64,000 nt of DNA, taken from positions 7,316,001 to 7,380,000 of the forward strand of contig JAWMAR010000020.1 in NCBI GenBank assembly GCA_036785375.1. The letters run 5' to 3'. How positions within the stretch are numbered: the stretch's first letter is position 1; each line of letters opens with the position of its first letter. A program made the translations under genes and the position numbers. Source of the stretch: Leucoraja ocellata (taxonomy: Eukaryota). Under the pieces are notes generated by a model. The model made no database searches. It saw only the letters and a program-made list of their open reading frames with translations, and had not been told where the DNA came from. Positions 1 through 13,095 of the stretch are shown here, piece by piece.

Positions 1-834
1 CAGTTGCACACACAGAGCAGCAAAAATATGTATTAATAGTATATTTATAAAGTTCTAAGCCAACCCAGCCTGAATTGACTCAAGTCTGAATGCATCCTGC
101 AGAACGTGCCTCCACGACTAGGTTTCCTTTGGAGTCTCTGATTAGCCCCACCTCTCCCCTCATACTTTTCCCATGTAGAATATTTTTGGATTAACCCGTT
201 TATGGTTCCTCCCAGCCTTTCTTTCCTACACTCTCATTTCCTTTTCTTACTTCTCCTTTGAACATTCTGTAACCAGCCCCGCTCTTCTTTGTGTTCTGTT
301 TTGCCGTCTCTCTTCATGGAAACTTCAATTTTGCTTCACTTCTCCCTCTTGGGAATGCACCTAAACTGCGGTTGAAACATCCCCTCCAGAAAGACTGCAG
401 GGGAGGGGAATATCTCTGATCGGTTGAAACCATGATGATAACCCCGGAGATAAACTGTAAAGGGGGTTATCTGATCAGTGGGTGAAAGGGAGCAGCTGGA
501 GAGTGAGAACATCAATGAAAGAATGTCAGAGTATAAAATGCAGAGCAGAACGACACGCCCGCCATGACAGGCTACAGTCATCTTCCAATCCCAGAGACAA
601 TAAAATAAATAAGCTCTGCAAATATTAGAGATGGACGGCTGATACATGTAGAAATCAAGTCAGCAGAAGTTGCATGATTCCATATTGAGTGCATAAAGCT
701 CTAATGTTCCCAGGCAGAAGGTGGGGTGTGCCTCAAGCTTGCATTGGGGCCTTGTAACAATGCAAATCATGGGTCAGAATTGAGTGGGGAATTGAGGTGC
801 AGGCAAGCGGAAACTCAGGCACTGCGTAACTATG

Positions 835-1055
835 GCGAATCTGTGGAATTTGTTTCCACAGACGGCTCTGGAGGCCAAGTCAATGGATATTTTTAAGGCA
901 GAGATATATTCTTGATTAGTGCAGGTGTCATGGGTTATGGGGAGAAGAAGGCAGGTGAATGGGGTTAGGAAGGAGAGATAGGTCAGCCATGATTGAATGG
1001 TGGAGCAGACGATGGGCCGAATGGCCTAATTCTGGTCCTGTCACAAATGAACATG
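835..1055 (+). mobile_element. CR1 LINE 3' tail fragment
   Basis: gaatctgtggaat...cagccatgattgaatgg...gggccgaatggcct. Confidence 0.8.
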
Positions 1056-3269
1056 AAAGTCACCCAATCTGCATTTGATTTCCCAAGTACAGAGGAGGCC
1101 ACATTGTGAACATTGCGGTTCACTAGGTTGAACTAGTGCAAGTGAATGGCTGCATCTTGCCATCATTCAACAGTGAATTATCCATCTGAATTAGCTCAGC
1201 CTGTTTTCCCTTCGCCTCTGGGAGTGGAGAACATGCCCAGCCTGACCAGCTGGCTATTTTTTCACATTTTCTGTTCTTTTTTATTTTAGATTTTCAGAAC
1301 CTGTAGTTTTTCTTTGATTTTGATTCGATTTGGTCCGGATCTCTCCCTATCCCTTGAGATTGGTCCTTCTTCAGTTGACTAATTTTATCTTGGAATAATC
1401 TGTAACCGTGTTATTGCTTCTTTCTGGATGTTCCCCTAATGTTAGTTGCTCCACGTGGACTAATGGAAGTAATAATGGCGCATTTTAAAATGCCCATATT
1501 TTTTTACGGAGATGCTCAATTGAAGTACTGTATGCCTTTGGGTGCCTTGAAGGATTTATTCTCTGCAGCTAGTATTGATTATGATGTGGAGAATGTAGAT
1601 CGTGCCCACACATGACCCATTCGCTACCTTTTCCCCGGTGTTGGGGTAACGGGAGGACCGTGAACCCGGCAGCAGCGCTGTGAGCTATGGCCAAGATCAT
1701 GCGTTGTAGGCTGCACTGTATTGCATGCAGTGTGGGCTTGGGCAAGGGCATATGTCCTGTGTGGGAGTGCAAAATCTATATGCTTTCAACATCTATTCAA
1801 AAACACTGAAAATGTTATATTTTAGTTATATGGGACATTTAATAAATCAATAATTGCAATATGCTTTGAAGCAGCCAATATCAATGGGAAATGAATGGCT
1901 TTTAATAAATGGTCTATTTTAAATGATATTTTGTTCTCCTGTTTTAATCTCTCAGAATGAACACCGACACCTCTGCTAATGATGCAGAAAAGAAAGTCCT
2001 GACACCCATGTTGAATATGTGTGTGTTAGTTAATACACTACAGTGTAATGGGTTGCCTTTGTTTTAACCCTCTCACAGACAGGCTGCATAGATTATTCTG
2101 AATGCATCTTCCACACAGGCTGGGAGTTTTTGGGAGCTCGTCCAGATTGTTTGGTAATGTCATGTTTTTTACGTTTTGCTGTGCAATGGTTCTTTATTGA
2201 CGCGTATGCGCAGCACAGTGACATCGTGTTGCACAACTCACAAATGCACATACGCCATATTTCGGTGCAGTTTACAAAGAAAAAGTCCAATCCAGAAAGT
2301 TAGTACTGGAGCGCCCCCAATGCAGGTAAGCCTCAGGCCTGCGACCCAACGTCCCTCTCCTCGTCCGACCGCCTCCATGTCCCAAGAGGCGCCTCCTGCA
2401 GCCGGCCTTGAAGGCGCTGATCCCAGTTATCCCCCCCCCCCCCCCACCACCGGCCCACTCCTCATGCCCATCGCTGCCAGCGGCTCTCTCCCCAACTCTC
2501 CGGCCTTTGGGGCTTCTGAGCTTTCCCCTGCAGGCTGCAGCCTGCTGGGACCTACTTCACAGCGGTGAACCAGGCCTGTCACCGCTCCTGGCCACGGGCG
2601 ACCCACCAAGTCTTCATTCACATGCCGCCAGGTCTGTCCTTGTTGCAGGGTCAGTGCAAGAGGGTGTTAACACACAGGTCACACTGTGGCAGGGAAGTGT
2701 AGAATCCTCACACTTGGCTTGCTCCAGAGGATCGGTGTGTGGTGGTGCTAGTCTGTGACGTCTAATGTGCCTCTTATCAGCTCATTCAACTATTGGTGCT
2801 CCCTGTAAAAAATAACCCTGGCTAATTATAATTTGCAGCTGACAGGAAATAGTAGACATGGCTGACCTGCAGCACGGTGCTTGGGCAATGGCAATGAGGT
2901 TTCCTCTTTGCTCTCAGCAGCGCTGAAGATGGTCCCCTTAAGAAGGGACCCGACCCAAAATGTCACCCTTCCTTTTCCTTCAGAGATGCTGACTAACCAG
3001 CTGAGTTATTTCTGCATTTTGTGTCTAGCTTCACAGTAAAACTCCCTTCACTTAGCCCACGCTAATTGTTTGAAAACTGGTCTGCAACTCAGGCATGTCC
3101 TAACAACTAACCTTTTCACCTTTCTTTGTATTGTCAATATGATCTGTTTACAAAACACTCAGCCTTTTCATCTTGGTCATTGATTTAGATTCAAGTTGTT
3201 GATAGAGTTGAGTAGTTAGCTTTTGATTACATTTCTTGCCACAGCGCAGAATCACAAACTGAGATGTTG

Positions 3270-3560
3270 AGATGCAGGATGGAAACAGGCCCTCCGGCCC
3301 ACTGGGTCCACACCCACCATTGATTTCTTGTTCACACTAGTTCCATGTTATCCCACGTTCTCATCCATTTCCTAAACACTAGGGGCAATTTAGACAAACC
3401 AATTAACCTACAAACCCGCACGTCTTTGGGATGTGGTGGGGAAACCAGAGCACCCAAAGGAAACACACACGGTGGTCACAGGGAGAACTTGCAAACTCCA
3501 CACAGACAGTACCCGGATCTCTGTTACTGTGAAGTAGCAGCTTTACCAGCTGCGCTGCTG
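3270..3560 (-). mobile_element. V-SINE (HE1-like), diverged
   Basis: Reverse complement of V-domain (ccaattaacctacaaacc...gtctttggga) and ggaaacaggccc tail. Confidence 0.75.
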
Positions 3561-4099
3561 CTGACCAGCAGAACTTCATGGACTTTTTCGCGAATGGCAT
3601 CAAGGGAGGGCAGGATTGAGGGACATCGCCTGGTCAAACAAGTCTACGGCTTGCTTAAGAGTCTAGGTGGCCATTCCCGAGTTATTCTGAACAGTGGGTG
3701 CTGAATCAGGACATTGGCTGTGCCCAGGGAGTGAGTTGCAGCGAGTCCAGCACAATCCTGGTAATCCGAGCAAAAAACACAAACTGCTAGAGGAGCTCAG
3801 ATTCTGAAGTGCCCGACCCTAAATGTCCATTCCCCCCACAGATGCTGCTCAACACACTGAGTTCGCCCAGCGCTTTGTTTTTTGCAAAAAATTCCAGCAT
3901 CTGCAGTCTCTTGTCCCTCCAGTCCTCGTAACCTTACTGGCTGTGTTTGATGGTGCTGACAATTGAACTTCAATGGATGTTCCCAGCTAAATCGTACGTT
4001 TCCTAAAACGGTAAATCCCAATGTTGCGTGAGAAAGGCCCTGGGAAAACGTGACTAATAAAGAAAATAAAATTGAGGCTATATTTCAGAGTTATATATT

Positions 4100-5854
4100 A
4101 TAAACAAACGAGAAGCATTTCCTTGCATTCCATAACCATTGCACATCAGCAGGGAGGAATATAGTAGACAAGCCAAGCTTACGGAGAGTGATCACCCGAG
4201 ATACAGCGTTTCACTTTCGTGCACCAGCCTCTTACCTCCTGAACTGGAATATCAATTGATTCACAGTCACCACTCCCACCTTGGCCATCTTCCCACCCCC
4301 ACCCCCACCTCCTGTACGTCACTGGGGCTGTCCCAGCTGAGGTTGGACCTGGACTTTAAACCTAGACCCGTCGGTCTCTTACGTTACAGTCTTTGGAGGG
4401 TCTGGTCAATATAGATTGACCAATATAGACCATTAGATATAAAACCAAGGCATGCATATTTTTTTCAGAAAGGTGGCCTTAAATAAGAATATAATATGAC
4501 AAAAATGGCTTTATCCGCTGATGGGTCGAGTACAAATTTTGGCTACAGAGAATAAAACTTTCAGGCAGTGCGGTGATTTTGGTGTGTCTCCATCTGACAC
4601 TGGAGCTAAACAGAGCAGCCGAGCCTCTAAACTACACGAACCTCTGGTCCTCTGTGGCAGAAGACTGGTGCATACCCCCTCTAATGGCAGGATCTTGAAC
4701 TCTGTCTGGAAGGGTGCTGGAGGCAGAAACCTGTGCCACTAGTGCCTGAAACCTAAGTAGTAAATGGGTGAGCACTTTTTTAGGGCTCCAAGTAAAATGG
4801 AAAGTGTAATTAGATGGAATAGCTGGGAAATGGGACAGGACAGAGTAAGCTCTCTTTCAGGCAGGAGGGATACATTGAGATATATGACCATTCCTTGTGC
4901 CATCATTGTTTACAGTGTATATTTCCCATAAATTTCAACATTCACTGCTCCACCATTAATCCTGGTGTACAGTGCAGGTGCCTCACTGGTGACGAGGTGT
5001 TCCCGGAATCATTCCCAAGTGTGAAAGACCCAGAGTTTGCCAGTGATTGGGTTCTGAGGGACTTTCCATCAAGTAGCAGTTTGCAAAAATGGAACTAGTT
5101 GACAGTGACCTATTAATCCTTAAACAAATCAAATGAAGATGGCTGGGATATTTGAGGGAGTGCAGAATAACTGCCCCGTATAGGCGGAACAAGTATTGCC
5201 CATGCAGAGAAAATGGAGATATACATGAATGGCTGGAGGACAAGGGTATTACAAGCTGGAGAACTGAGTTATACAAAGGTAAAGTAAAATAAAAACGCAT
5301 GCCCCTTACATGTGTTGGTATCAAAGCATTGTGCTTATTCCCAATCACTTTCTAAATATTTTACAAAAATTAGTAGCTGATACCTGACTGAAAAAGTGAG
5401 TTCAACAGATATAGTTCAACAGTACACGTGACCCAAAGTGTGAGATGTTTGGGCAGTGGAAGGAAAGTTATGGTGAGCCTCTTGCAGTCAGTAGCGACAC
5501 AAATAATGCTGAGAGGGCTGAAGACTCTTCAGTGTGTCCATCTGCTCCTGGAGGCCAGGGCTTGAGGTGAGTCAGCTGGATGTTGAAAGTGCTGGAGCCT
5601 TCAAACAGTGTAGAAACTCAGACAAAAAGAAAACAGAGTCTTAATTATCTGCGGTCAGCAGAACACATGACAGCAAGGTCACTGAGGTGTAAAGACTTGC
5701 CAAGCCTGCATACGGACATGTGCAAGCAACCACTACAATTGTCTTTATCTAAGGTGCTCACAAGCTGAGAGTCCAAGGCCATGTCAGAGGCTGTTCATTG
5801 GTGTGGTTGAATGTAGAACCCAAAGAGCACGACTTTGCGGTGGGCAAATGGCGA
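4100..5854 (-). other. ITGB4: Probable ITGB4 3' UTR (end not defined)
   Basis: Repeat-poor sequence following the stop codon; I saw no canonical minus-strand AATAAA until 2193-2198, so the extent is a guess. Confidence 0.45.
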
Positions 5855-5979
5855 TCAGGCCTCGTAGAACTTCCTTTCAACTTGTTTGGTGACGGTTCCA
5901 CTGGTCATCATGGTCCGAGTGACCTGCTGGGTGACGGACGTCCCTCCTTCCATCCTTTGTGTTGTAACAGTCATCCCGT
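5855..5979 (-). CDS. ITGB4: Integrin beta-4 last coding exon
   Basis: tttcag|AC GGG...; DGMTVTTQRMEGGTSVTQQVTRTMMTSGTVTKQVERKFYEA then TGA at 5857-5855. Confidence 0.92.
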
Positions 5980-6117
5980 CTGAAATGGGAGGCAGGGAGT
6001 TAGTTTCAGAGAAGCACAGCAAAATCAGAGCAATGAAAAGCTAATGCAGGGTTTGGTGTAGACTAAGGGCTGGGCTTCATTCACGAGGGTGAGGACGGCG
6101 ACTGTGTCAGCACCAAC

Positions 6118-6234
6118 CTGAGAAGAAGGGGTCGGTGGTGGACTGCATCAGGCTGGTCTCTGTGCTCATGTTCCCAGGCATTGTGAACCCTTCATTCCTC
6201 ATCACCGTCTGCTTACTGAACTTGGAAATGCTTC
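6118..6234 (-). CDS. ITGB4: Integrin beta-4 C-tail exon
   Basis: cctag|...|gttggt, 117 nt, phase 1/1; GSISKFSKQTVMRNEGFTMPGNMSTETSLMQSTTDPFFS. Confidence 0.88.
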
Positions 6235-6334
6235 CTAGGAAACGAAAGAGTAGATCACGACCGTTACAGCACGGGAGCCAGCAATGACCATGTGCTGCCC
6301 ATTGAGTTGTACAGATATCATAAGTGATGGGTGA

Positions 6335-6522
6335 AGTATTAGGCCAGTTGGCCCATCAAGTCTACACCGCCATTCAATCATGGCTGATCTATCTCTCCCT
6401 CCTTATCCCATTCTCCTGCCTTCTCCCCATAACCTCTGACACCTGCACTAATCAAAAATCTATCTCTGCCTTAAAAATATCCACGGCCTTCTGTGGCAAA
6501 GAATTCCACAGATTCACCACCA
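6335..6522 (-). mobile_element. CR1 LINE 3' tail fragment
   Basis: Reverse complement of the same tail. Confidence 0.78.
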
Positions 6523-6954
6523 GATGTGCAGACTCTCTCACTGGGATCACAACCCCACGACACTTTACCTGGGACCCATCTCACCCTGCATCCTGGGACC
6601 CTTCATCCCCTGATACTCACATCCTGGGACACCCACCATGGGAGCCTCCTCCCCACAATCTGGGCCCTTTCATCCCCCAGACTGGGTTACAGCCCATTCT
6701 AACCCCGAGAGACCTTCCAGCACAGGACAACTTCACCCTGGGACCCTCACAACCTTCCACCTCACTGCACCCCATCCTCCACCACCCCCAAACCCCCACC
6801 CGCCATTCCTTCTAAATGTCCATCAATCCCTTCTCCAGAAACACAATCGCATCTTAACCCAGCAAACTATTTACTGCCCTTTGAATGGAAACACGGTCTC
6901 GGGAACAATCTTTAACACTTTTATTTTGTCAGGAAGTGAAACTCGGAGCTGCTT

Positions 6955-7170
6955 GTCCACCCACTAACTCATCTGGTCTTTCCACTAACTGACCTACCCC
7001 ACTCACTAACCGACCGACTCTATCACTAACTCATCCAGCCCACCCACTAACTGACCTACCCGCTCGTTAACTCACTCATCCCACCCACTAACCAGGCCAT
7101 CCACCCACACCCCAACCATACTCCTTCATCCACCTACCCTGTGCCACCCATCCATCGAATCACCCATCCA
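6955..7170. repeat. Degenerate ~22-bp minisatellite
   Basis: Recurrent ccactaact... Confidence 0.7.
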
Positions 7171-7345
7171 CTCACCTCCCCCCACCCACCCTACTGCACC
7201 CCCACACACCTACCCCACCTGCTCCCCAAGCCCTCACCAGAAGAGGCACAAAGAGTGTTGATCTGTGTGGGGCAGTATTCATGCTAAGCCCTCGATGCAG
7301 GAGACCGTGGAATGGGAATTGCTCCCTCACTGTGTGGACACTTAC

Positions 7346-7510
7346 CTGCATCCTGAGACTCGATGGTGATGATCCCTTCCCGCTCTGGACCAAAGCCCTG
7401 CGTGGTCTTGGCTTGAACCTTGAACTTGTATGGAACGTTCTCGCTGAGATGTGGCACCATTAGAGTCATCTCTGCATCATCTCCTTCCACTTGATACGTC
7501 TTGGTCTCAT
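7346..7510 (-). CDS. ITGB4: Integrin beta-4 FnIII-4, second exon
   Basis: 165 nt, phase 1/1; [55 protein letters not shown]. Confidence 0.96.
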
Positions 7511-8364
7511 CTGGTGGAGCAATTGGGATGTGTTGGGTGAAACTGATGGCCTGGCCTGCCGGTGACGAGGCATCCAGTGGGGTGGCTACCCTGAGCCTGT
7601 GCCGGCGGGAACTTAACACGGAACGGGGGGAGCGGGGCAGCTGGCTGATCGCGGTAGTGGGGCGTGTCCGGAGGCAGACTGGATGTATATGGGAGGGAGA
7701 GGTGGGGCTTGGTCATGGAGTGCAAGGCTAGGGTGAGAGGTGGGAGAGGGAGTGGTCACAGGGAGTGGTGAATATGGGAACAGGATCACAGGGAGACAGT
7801 GGTCACAGGGAGATCGGAACTATGAGTCATTAGGCATTAACTTCCAATGTTCTTGCAGGGAGTTGAACTCATCGGAAACACCAGTGGAGGGTGTTGGTCG
7901 TTCCCATTACCTCAACGGCCTTGGAGTGGGAGCAGAGCCTGTTTCCTTCACAAGGTTGTGAGGATTGCCTCACATCCAACTGTATCTGCCCAGGGCTCGG
8001 CCTATTGGGACGCTTGCCTACTTAGTTATTGCCTTTTGTAAGTGACGACTTATGGGACCACTGGGTCATGAAGTACAACCAGTGACTGAAACTGTAGTAG
8101 CTCTTCAGTAAGCACTTCAGCTCAGCACAGGCAAGTACAGCAAGTTAGTGAACTCTTTTGCACATTCTATTAATGCCCACATCAGCTGAGGAAGGGAAGT
8201 AACCCAAATGTGAACTCCTACTCTCTGCCTTACAACCGTCTCAACTGACCTCCACTACCAGGTCACAGTCACTCCTCCGAAGCTTTAGACTGGGAGAGAC
8301 ATTCGCCAACATGGGAGAATACCCAGTTTTGTTTTGTCTTTACCCCTCAAATCTAGTTTAATTT

Positions 8365-8672
8365 TTTAGATTAGTTGTGAGATACAGCGCGGAAACAGGC
8401 CCTTCAGCTCACCGAGTCCACGCTGACCAGCGATCCCCACAAACTAACACTATCTTACACACACTAGGGACAATTTACAATTTTACCAAGCTCATTAAGC
8501 TACAAACCAGTTCGTCTTTGGAGTGTGGGAGGAAACCGGATCACCCAGAGAAAACCTACGCAGGTCATTGGGAGAATGTACAAACTCCGTACAGACAGCA
8601 CCCGGAGTCAGGATTGAAACCCGGTCTCTGGCGCTGTGAGGCAGGAACTCCACTGCTGCGCCACCGTGCCGC
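8365..8672 (-). mobile_element. V-SINE (HE1-like), full length
   Basis: tRNA-like head ggcggcacggtggcgcagc, V-domain, CR1-type tail ggcctgtttccgcgctgtatct. Confidence 0.88.
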
Positions 8673-8893
8673 CCGTGACGTCTCATCTGAGGATGGAACT
8701 TCCGAGAATGCCGTGTTCGCTCATATCTTTGTAACAGGACCAACATCGACCGGAAGAGCCAACTGCTGCCTGGCACGCCCAGTAACCCCATCAAACTCAC
8801 AGCCTTCTGACGTTCAGGAGGTGCTAAAACTGAGCAAAGCCAGCGCTGTTACCCTGAAGAACATCTGACGATGTGGACCACAACAATGCTTAC

Positions 8894-9049
8894 CTTGCCC
8901 GCCCAAGGGTTCACAGGTCACCAGGTAACCCATGATATCTCCATTTGGTTTTCGGGGTTTCTCCCAACTCAGTTTGAGCAACTCGGAGTTGATTGCAGTG
9001 AACACCAGGGGCCCAGGGGCACTGGGTGTGCTCAGTGTGAACGGCGAAC
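8894..9049 (-). CDS. ITGB4: Integrin beta-4 FnIII-4, first exon
   Basis: 156 nt, phase 1/1; [52 protein letters not shown]. Confidence 0.96.
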
Positions 9050-9464
9050 CTGCGGGGTGAAGGGAGCATGTTACCAACTCCAAGCAACAGCGGAGAACAG
9101 GCCTCACCTCCCAGTAACGCCGTAACCTCCCAATCAGAGCAAACTCAGGGGTCCAACATGTAATGGCATAAGCCCTCATGATCTGTTATGTTGGTCTGTA
9201 GGTGATTGACGTGAAGTTGAAGGCAACACTCGATCAATTGCTAAACCCACTGTGTAGTGATCATTAATTAGAGAGAGCAAGGAATTGCTCAGCAAACTGT
9301 GTGTGTTAAAGGTATGCAGTTATAGGGATTGCTACTACAGGTTGAACACCCTTGGTGCGTTGTCGTTTCATTATCACATGACCTCTGTTGGCCCAGCAAA
9401 CGGATAATCCCCAAAGCCTCTGGAACCGAGGGTGACAGAACATTGGTGTTCAACCTGTAGTAGA

Positions 9465-9785
9465 GATGTATACACACAAAAATCTGGAGTAACTCAGCGG
9501 GTCCGGCAGCTTCTCCGGAGAAAAGGAATGAGTGACGTTTCGGGTCGAGACCCTTCTTCACATTGGGAGTCAGGGGAAAGGGAAATGATATGGAAGGTAA
9601 ATAGAACAAGTGAATGAAAGATATGCAAAAGGTAACGTTGATCAAGGAAAGGAGGAGCCCACAATGGCCCATTGTTGGCTGTGGGGTAGGTGATAATGAG
9701 TAGTTGAGACTCAACAGGTTGACAGTGAAACTAGTATGGTGACTGGTGTGGGGGAGGAACAGAGAAGAGAGGGGATGCATATACT
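9465..9785 (-). mobile_element. Penelope-derived repeat
   Basis: Reverse complement of the 46262-46645 family. Confidence 0.75.
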
Positions 9786-10244
9786 GACCACCAAGAGGGG
9801 ATGTATATACCGACAATCCCAATTCCATTTACATTCTGTTCACAATGCCATCTGCGGCCACTCAGGGCCAAACCAGGGCAGGACTTGCACAGTAAATGGT
9901 AGCATCCTGAGGAGTGTTGCGGAACTGAGAGACCTAGGGGTGCAGGTCCATAATAAGTGGTGTTGCAGATTGAATGGTGGTGAAGAAGGCAAAAAAAAAA
10001 ATGTTCAAACAACTCAGATGGTCAGGCAACATCTGTGGAGGCAATAGACAGACGTTTTGGGTTGGGATCCTTCTCCAGACTGAAGGTGTTTGACACTATG
10101 GTCAAGGAGCTCCCCAGAACATGGAAGCTGCAACTCATGGGATGACTGGCCAAGCTGATATTGGACAAGTGGAAGATCTGAATCCACATCAAAACTAGAT
10201 GCAACAACTCACAAAGAGCTGGTCAGGCAGCATCTGTGGATGAC

Positions 10245-10935
10245 GCTCACATTGGCCCTGAAAGTAAGCATGCAGGTACAGCAGGCAGTGAAACAATCTA
10301 ATGGCATGTTGGCCTTCACAACAAGAAGAGTTGAGTATAGGAGCAAAGAGGTTCTTTTGCAGTTGTGCAGAGCCCTGGTCAGACCACACCTAGAGTATTG
10401 TGTGCAGTTTTGGTCTCCAAATTTAAGGAAGGACATTCTTGCTATTGAGAAATGCAATGTAGGTTCACAAGGTTAATTCCCGGGATGGCTGGACTGTCAT
10501 ATCTTGAAAGAATAGAGCGACAGGGCTTGTATACACTGGAATTTAGAAGGATGAGAGGTGATCTTATTGAAACACATAAGACTATTAAGGGATTGGACAC
10601 ATTAGAGGCAGGATACATGTTCCCGATGTTGGGGGAGTGCAGAACCAGGGGCCACAGTTTAAGAATAAGGGTAGGCATTTAGAACGGAGATGAGGAAAAA
10701 CATTTTCACCCAGAGAGTTGTGAATCTGTGGAAGTCTTTGCCTCAGAAGGCAGTGGAAACCGATTCTCTGGATGCTTTCAAGAGAAAGTCAGAAAGCTCT
10801 TAAAGATAGCGGAGTCAAGGGATATTGGGAGAAGGCAGGAACGGGGTACTGATTGTGGATGATCAGCCATGATCACAGTGAATGGCGGTGCTGGCTCGAT
10901 GGACCAAATGGCCTAATACTACACCTATTGTCTGT
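10245..10935 (+). mobile_element. CR1 LINE, 5'-truncated (RT C-terminus and 3' UTR)
   Basis: ALVRPHLEYCVQFWSP and FRRMRGDLIE motifs followed by CR1 tail. Confidence 0.93.
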
Positions 10936-11124
10936 CTCCCGCGCAGCCAATATAAGACATTCATACACTGATCAATGGAAAACACTTGAATTTTCTTCTG
11001 GAATAAAGTTCAGGCCTTGGAGTAGAGATCGAGAAGCCGCCAGGATCAGTGTGGACTCCCACAACACTGCCACCTTCTGTCCATCACCAACCAAGCCAAT
11101 TTGAATGGGTGGGGGCCGCCATAC

Positions 11125-11313
11125 CTGGGATCGGGCTGAGGGGGCTCATTGGGTCCACTTTGGATTCGATGGTGATGACTCCTTCGCGGTCCGGACCCCA
11201 TCCCTTGTCACTCAAAGCCTTGACCTTGAACATGTAGGAGTAGTTGGGCAGAAGGTCATTGATAATCAGCGAGTTTTCATTGGGGTCTGGGATGTCAACA
11301 GTTTGCATCTCAC
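11125..11313 (-). CDS. ITGB4: Integrin beta-4 FnIII-3, second exon
   Basis: 189 nt, phase 1/1; GEMQTVDIPDPNENSLIINDLLPNYSYMFKVKALSDKGWGPDREGVITIESKVDPMSPLSPIP. Confidence 0.96.
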
Positions 11314-11814
11314 CTGAAACATAAGAGACATCACCTTAGTCACAGACAACTGCTCTCCCTGCCCACCCGTCCCATGAGATGGGCTTAACTGATGGACGCT
11401 CCACTTACAACAGTCTCGCCCCCAAGACACCTGCAACGTTAGCACACACGGTGTCTGCAACAGTGAGTCAGACTGCACGGGAGGGCAGCTTGGACACTGA
11501 GGGATGGGCAAGATCACACAAGAAACAGGAGCAGGAGTTGGTCATCAAGCCTCTGACCTGCTCCTCCTTTCATCGAGATCTTCTCTCAGTGCCATTTCCT
11601 GGCTGAATCCTCCATGTTCCCCCATTTCACCAGGAAATGTTCAGAAATGTATCGATCTCTGTTCCCAATGAACCCAGTGCCGGATGCTCCTCAGCCCTCA
11701 GTGAAGAGATCTCTCCTCGTCTCAGTCCTGAGGGACCTTCCCCTTACTCTGTTGGGGAACCGCCTTTGCCACTTCCTGCCTCTCGTACCTTATAAATCTC
11801 AATGAGATTAGTCT

Positions 11815-12100
11815 TCAGACTTTAGAGGTTCAGCTCGGAAACAGACCCTTCACCCAAGTCCGTGCCAACCAGCGATCACCGCATACACTATCCCACACAC
11901 TAGGGAGAATTTACAATTTTACCGAAGCCAATTAACCTACAAACCTGTACGTCCTTGGAGTGTGGGAGGAAACCGGAGCACCCGGGGAAAATCCACGCAG
12001 TCACGGGGAGAATGTACAAACTCCATACAGACAGCACCCGTAGTCAGGATCGAACCCAGGTCTCTGGCGATGTAAGGCAGCAGCTCCACTGCTGCACTGC
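11815..12100 (-). mobile_element. V-SINE (HE1-like)
   Basis: Same head/V-domain/tail consensus. Confidence 0.85.
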
Positions 12101-12249
12101 TAGGCCACCCCCTCTCGGTCTCCTGAACTCGAGTGCATGCAGGGATAGTCAGACCAGCCTCTCCTTATCCGGCCACCCTGTCTTCCCTGAGCCAGTAGTG
12201 GGTGTTTGCCAGCCGCGGTGGAGACTGGCAGAGTGGGGGAGTTACTCAC

Positions 12250-12396
12250 CTCCTGCCAGGGACTGGTAAGTGACGCGGTAGGCCAGAACCTCTCGTTCGC
12301 ACGGAGGGTTCTGCCAGCTGACCTTCAGCGAGGTTGCGCCCAGCGCAGAGAAGACCAGGCGAGTCGGGGTGTTGGGGACCCCCGGAGAGCGGTTTT
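12250..12396 (-). CDS. ITGB4: Integrin beta-4 FnIII-3, first exon
   Basis: 147 nt, phase 1/1; [49 protein letters not shown]. Confidence 0.96.
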
Positions 12397-12824
12397 CTGT
12401 GGGGTGGGGACAGAGAAACAAAACGGTAAGACTGGAAAAGCCCAGGATTAAACAGAGACTGAAACACCTGCTGGAACGGGTCCAGGAGCAGAGAATGACA
12501 CAAGCAGCAGCTTCCACCATCGGCCCCAGTGAGAGGTTGCTGCTTCATCTCTGCCAGCGCAGGGAAACGGGCCAAATATGACAAGTGTTAATCCCGTAAA
12601 CCGATGAGAGCGAACTGCTGAGAGGAGAGAGAAGTACCAGCCTCTCAAAGTAGAGTTGGTGAGCTTATTCTATTATGCAGCAGTTAATACTCTCATCCAC
12701 AGGTTTATCCTCGCCTTTACCCACTCATTACCTCTTTGAACTAATTTAAAGATCACTGCTCTCTCCAATTCTGACTCAGCGTCTACCCAATTTCCTTTCA
12801 CTTTCGAATTGGCCAAATGTCCTT

Positions 12825-13095
12825 CAGCCTTCAGCTATTTCCCAGCTGTTATCAGGCAACTTACCATCCTATCTCAACCAGCGAGCAGTCCTGAGCTACT
12901 ATCTACCTCATTGGTGACCCTCGTACTAACTTTGATTGGACTTTACTGGCTTTACCTTGCACTAAAATTTAGCTATCTGTACAATGGCACGATTGTAATC
13001 ATGTATTGTCTTTCCACTGGCTGGTTTAGCACGCAACAAAAGCTTTTCACTGTACCTCGGTACACATGATAATAAACTAAACTGAACTGAATTAA
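12825..13095 (+). mobile_element. Rex-type LINE 3' UTR fragment
   Basis: FPAVIRQL end and tail aagcttttcactgtacctcggtacacatgataataaactaaactgaactgaa. Confidence 0.75.

Noticed and set aside
1-5800. GALK1 terminal exons (human tail-to-tail neighbour of ITGB4)
   Set aside because: No galactokinase-like peptide recognised on the plus strand.
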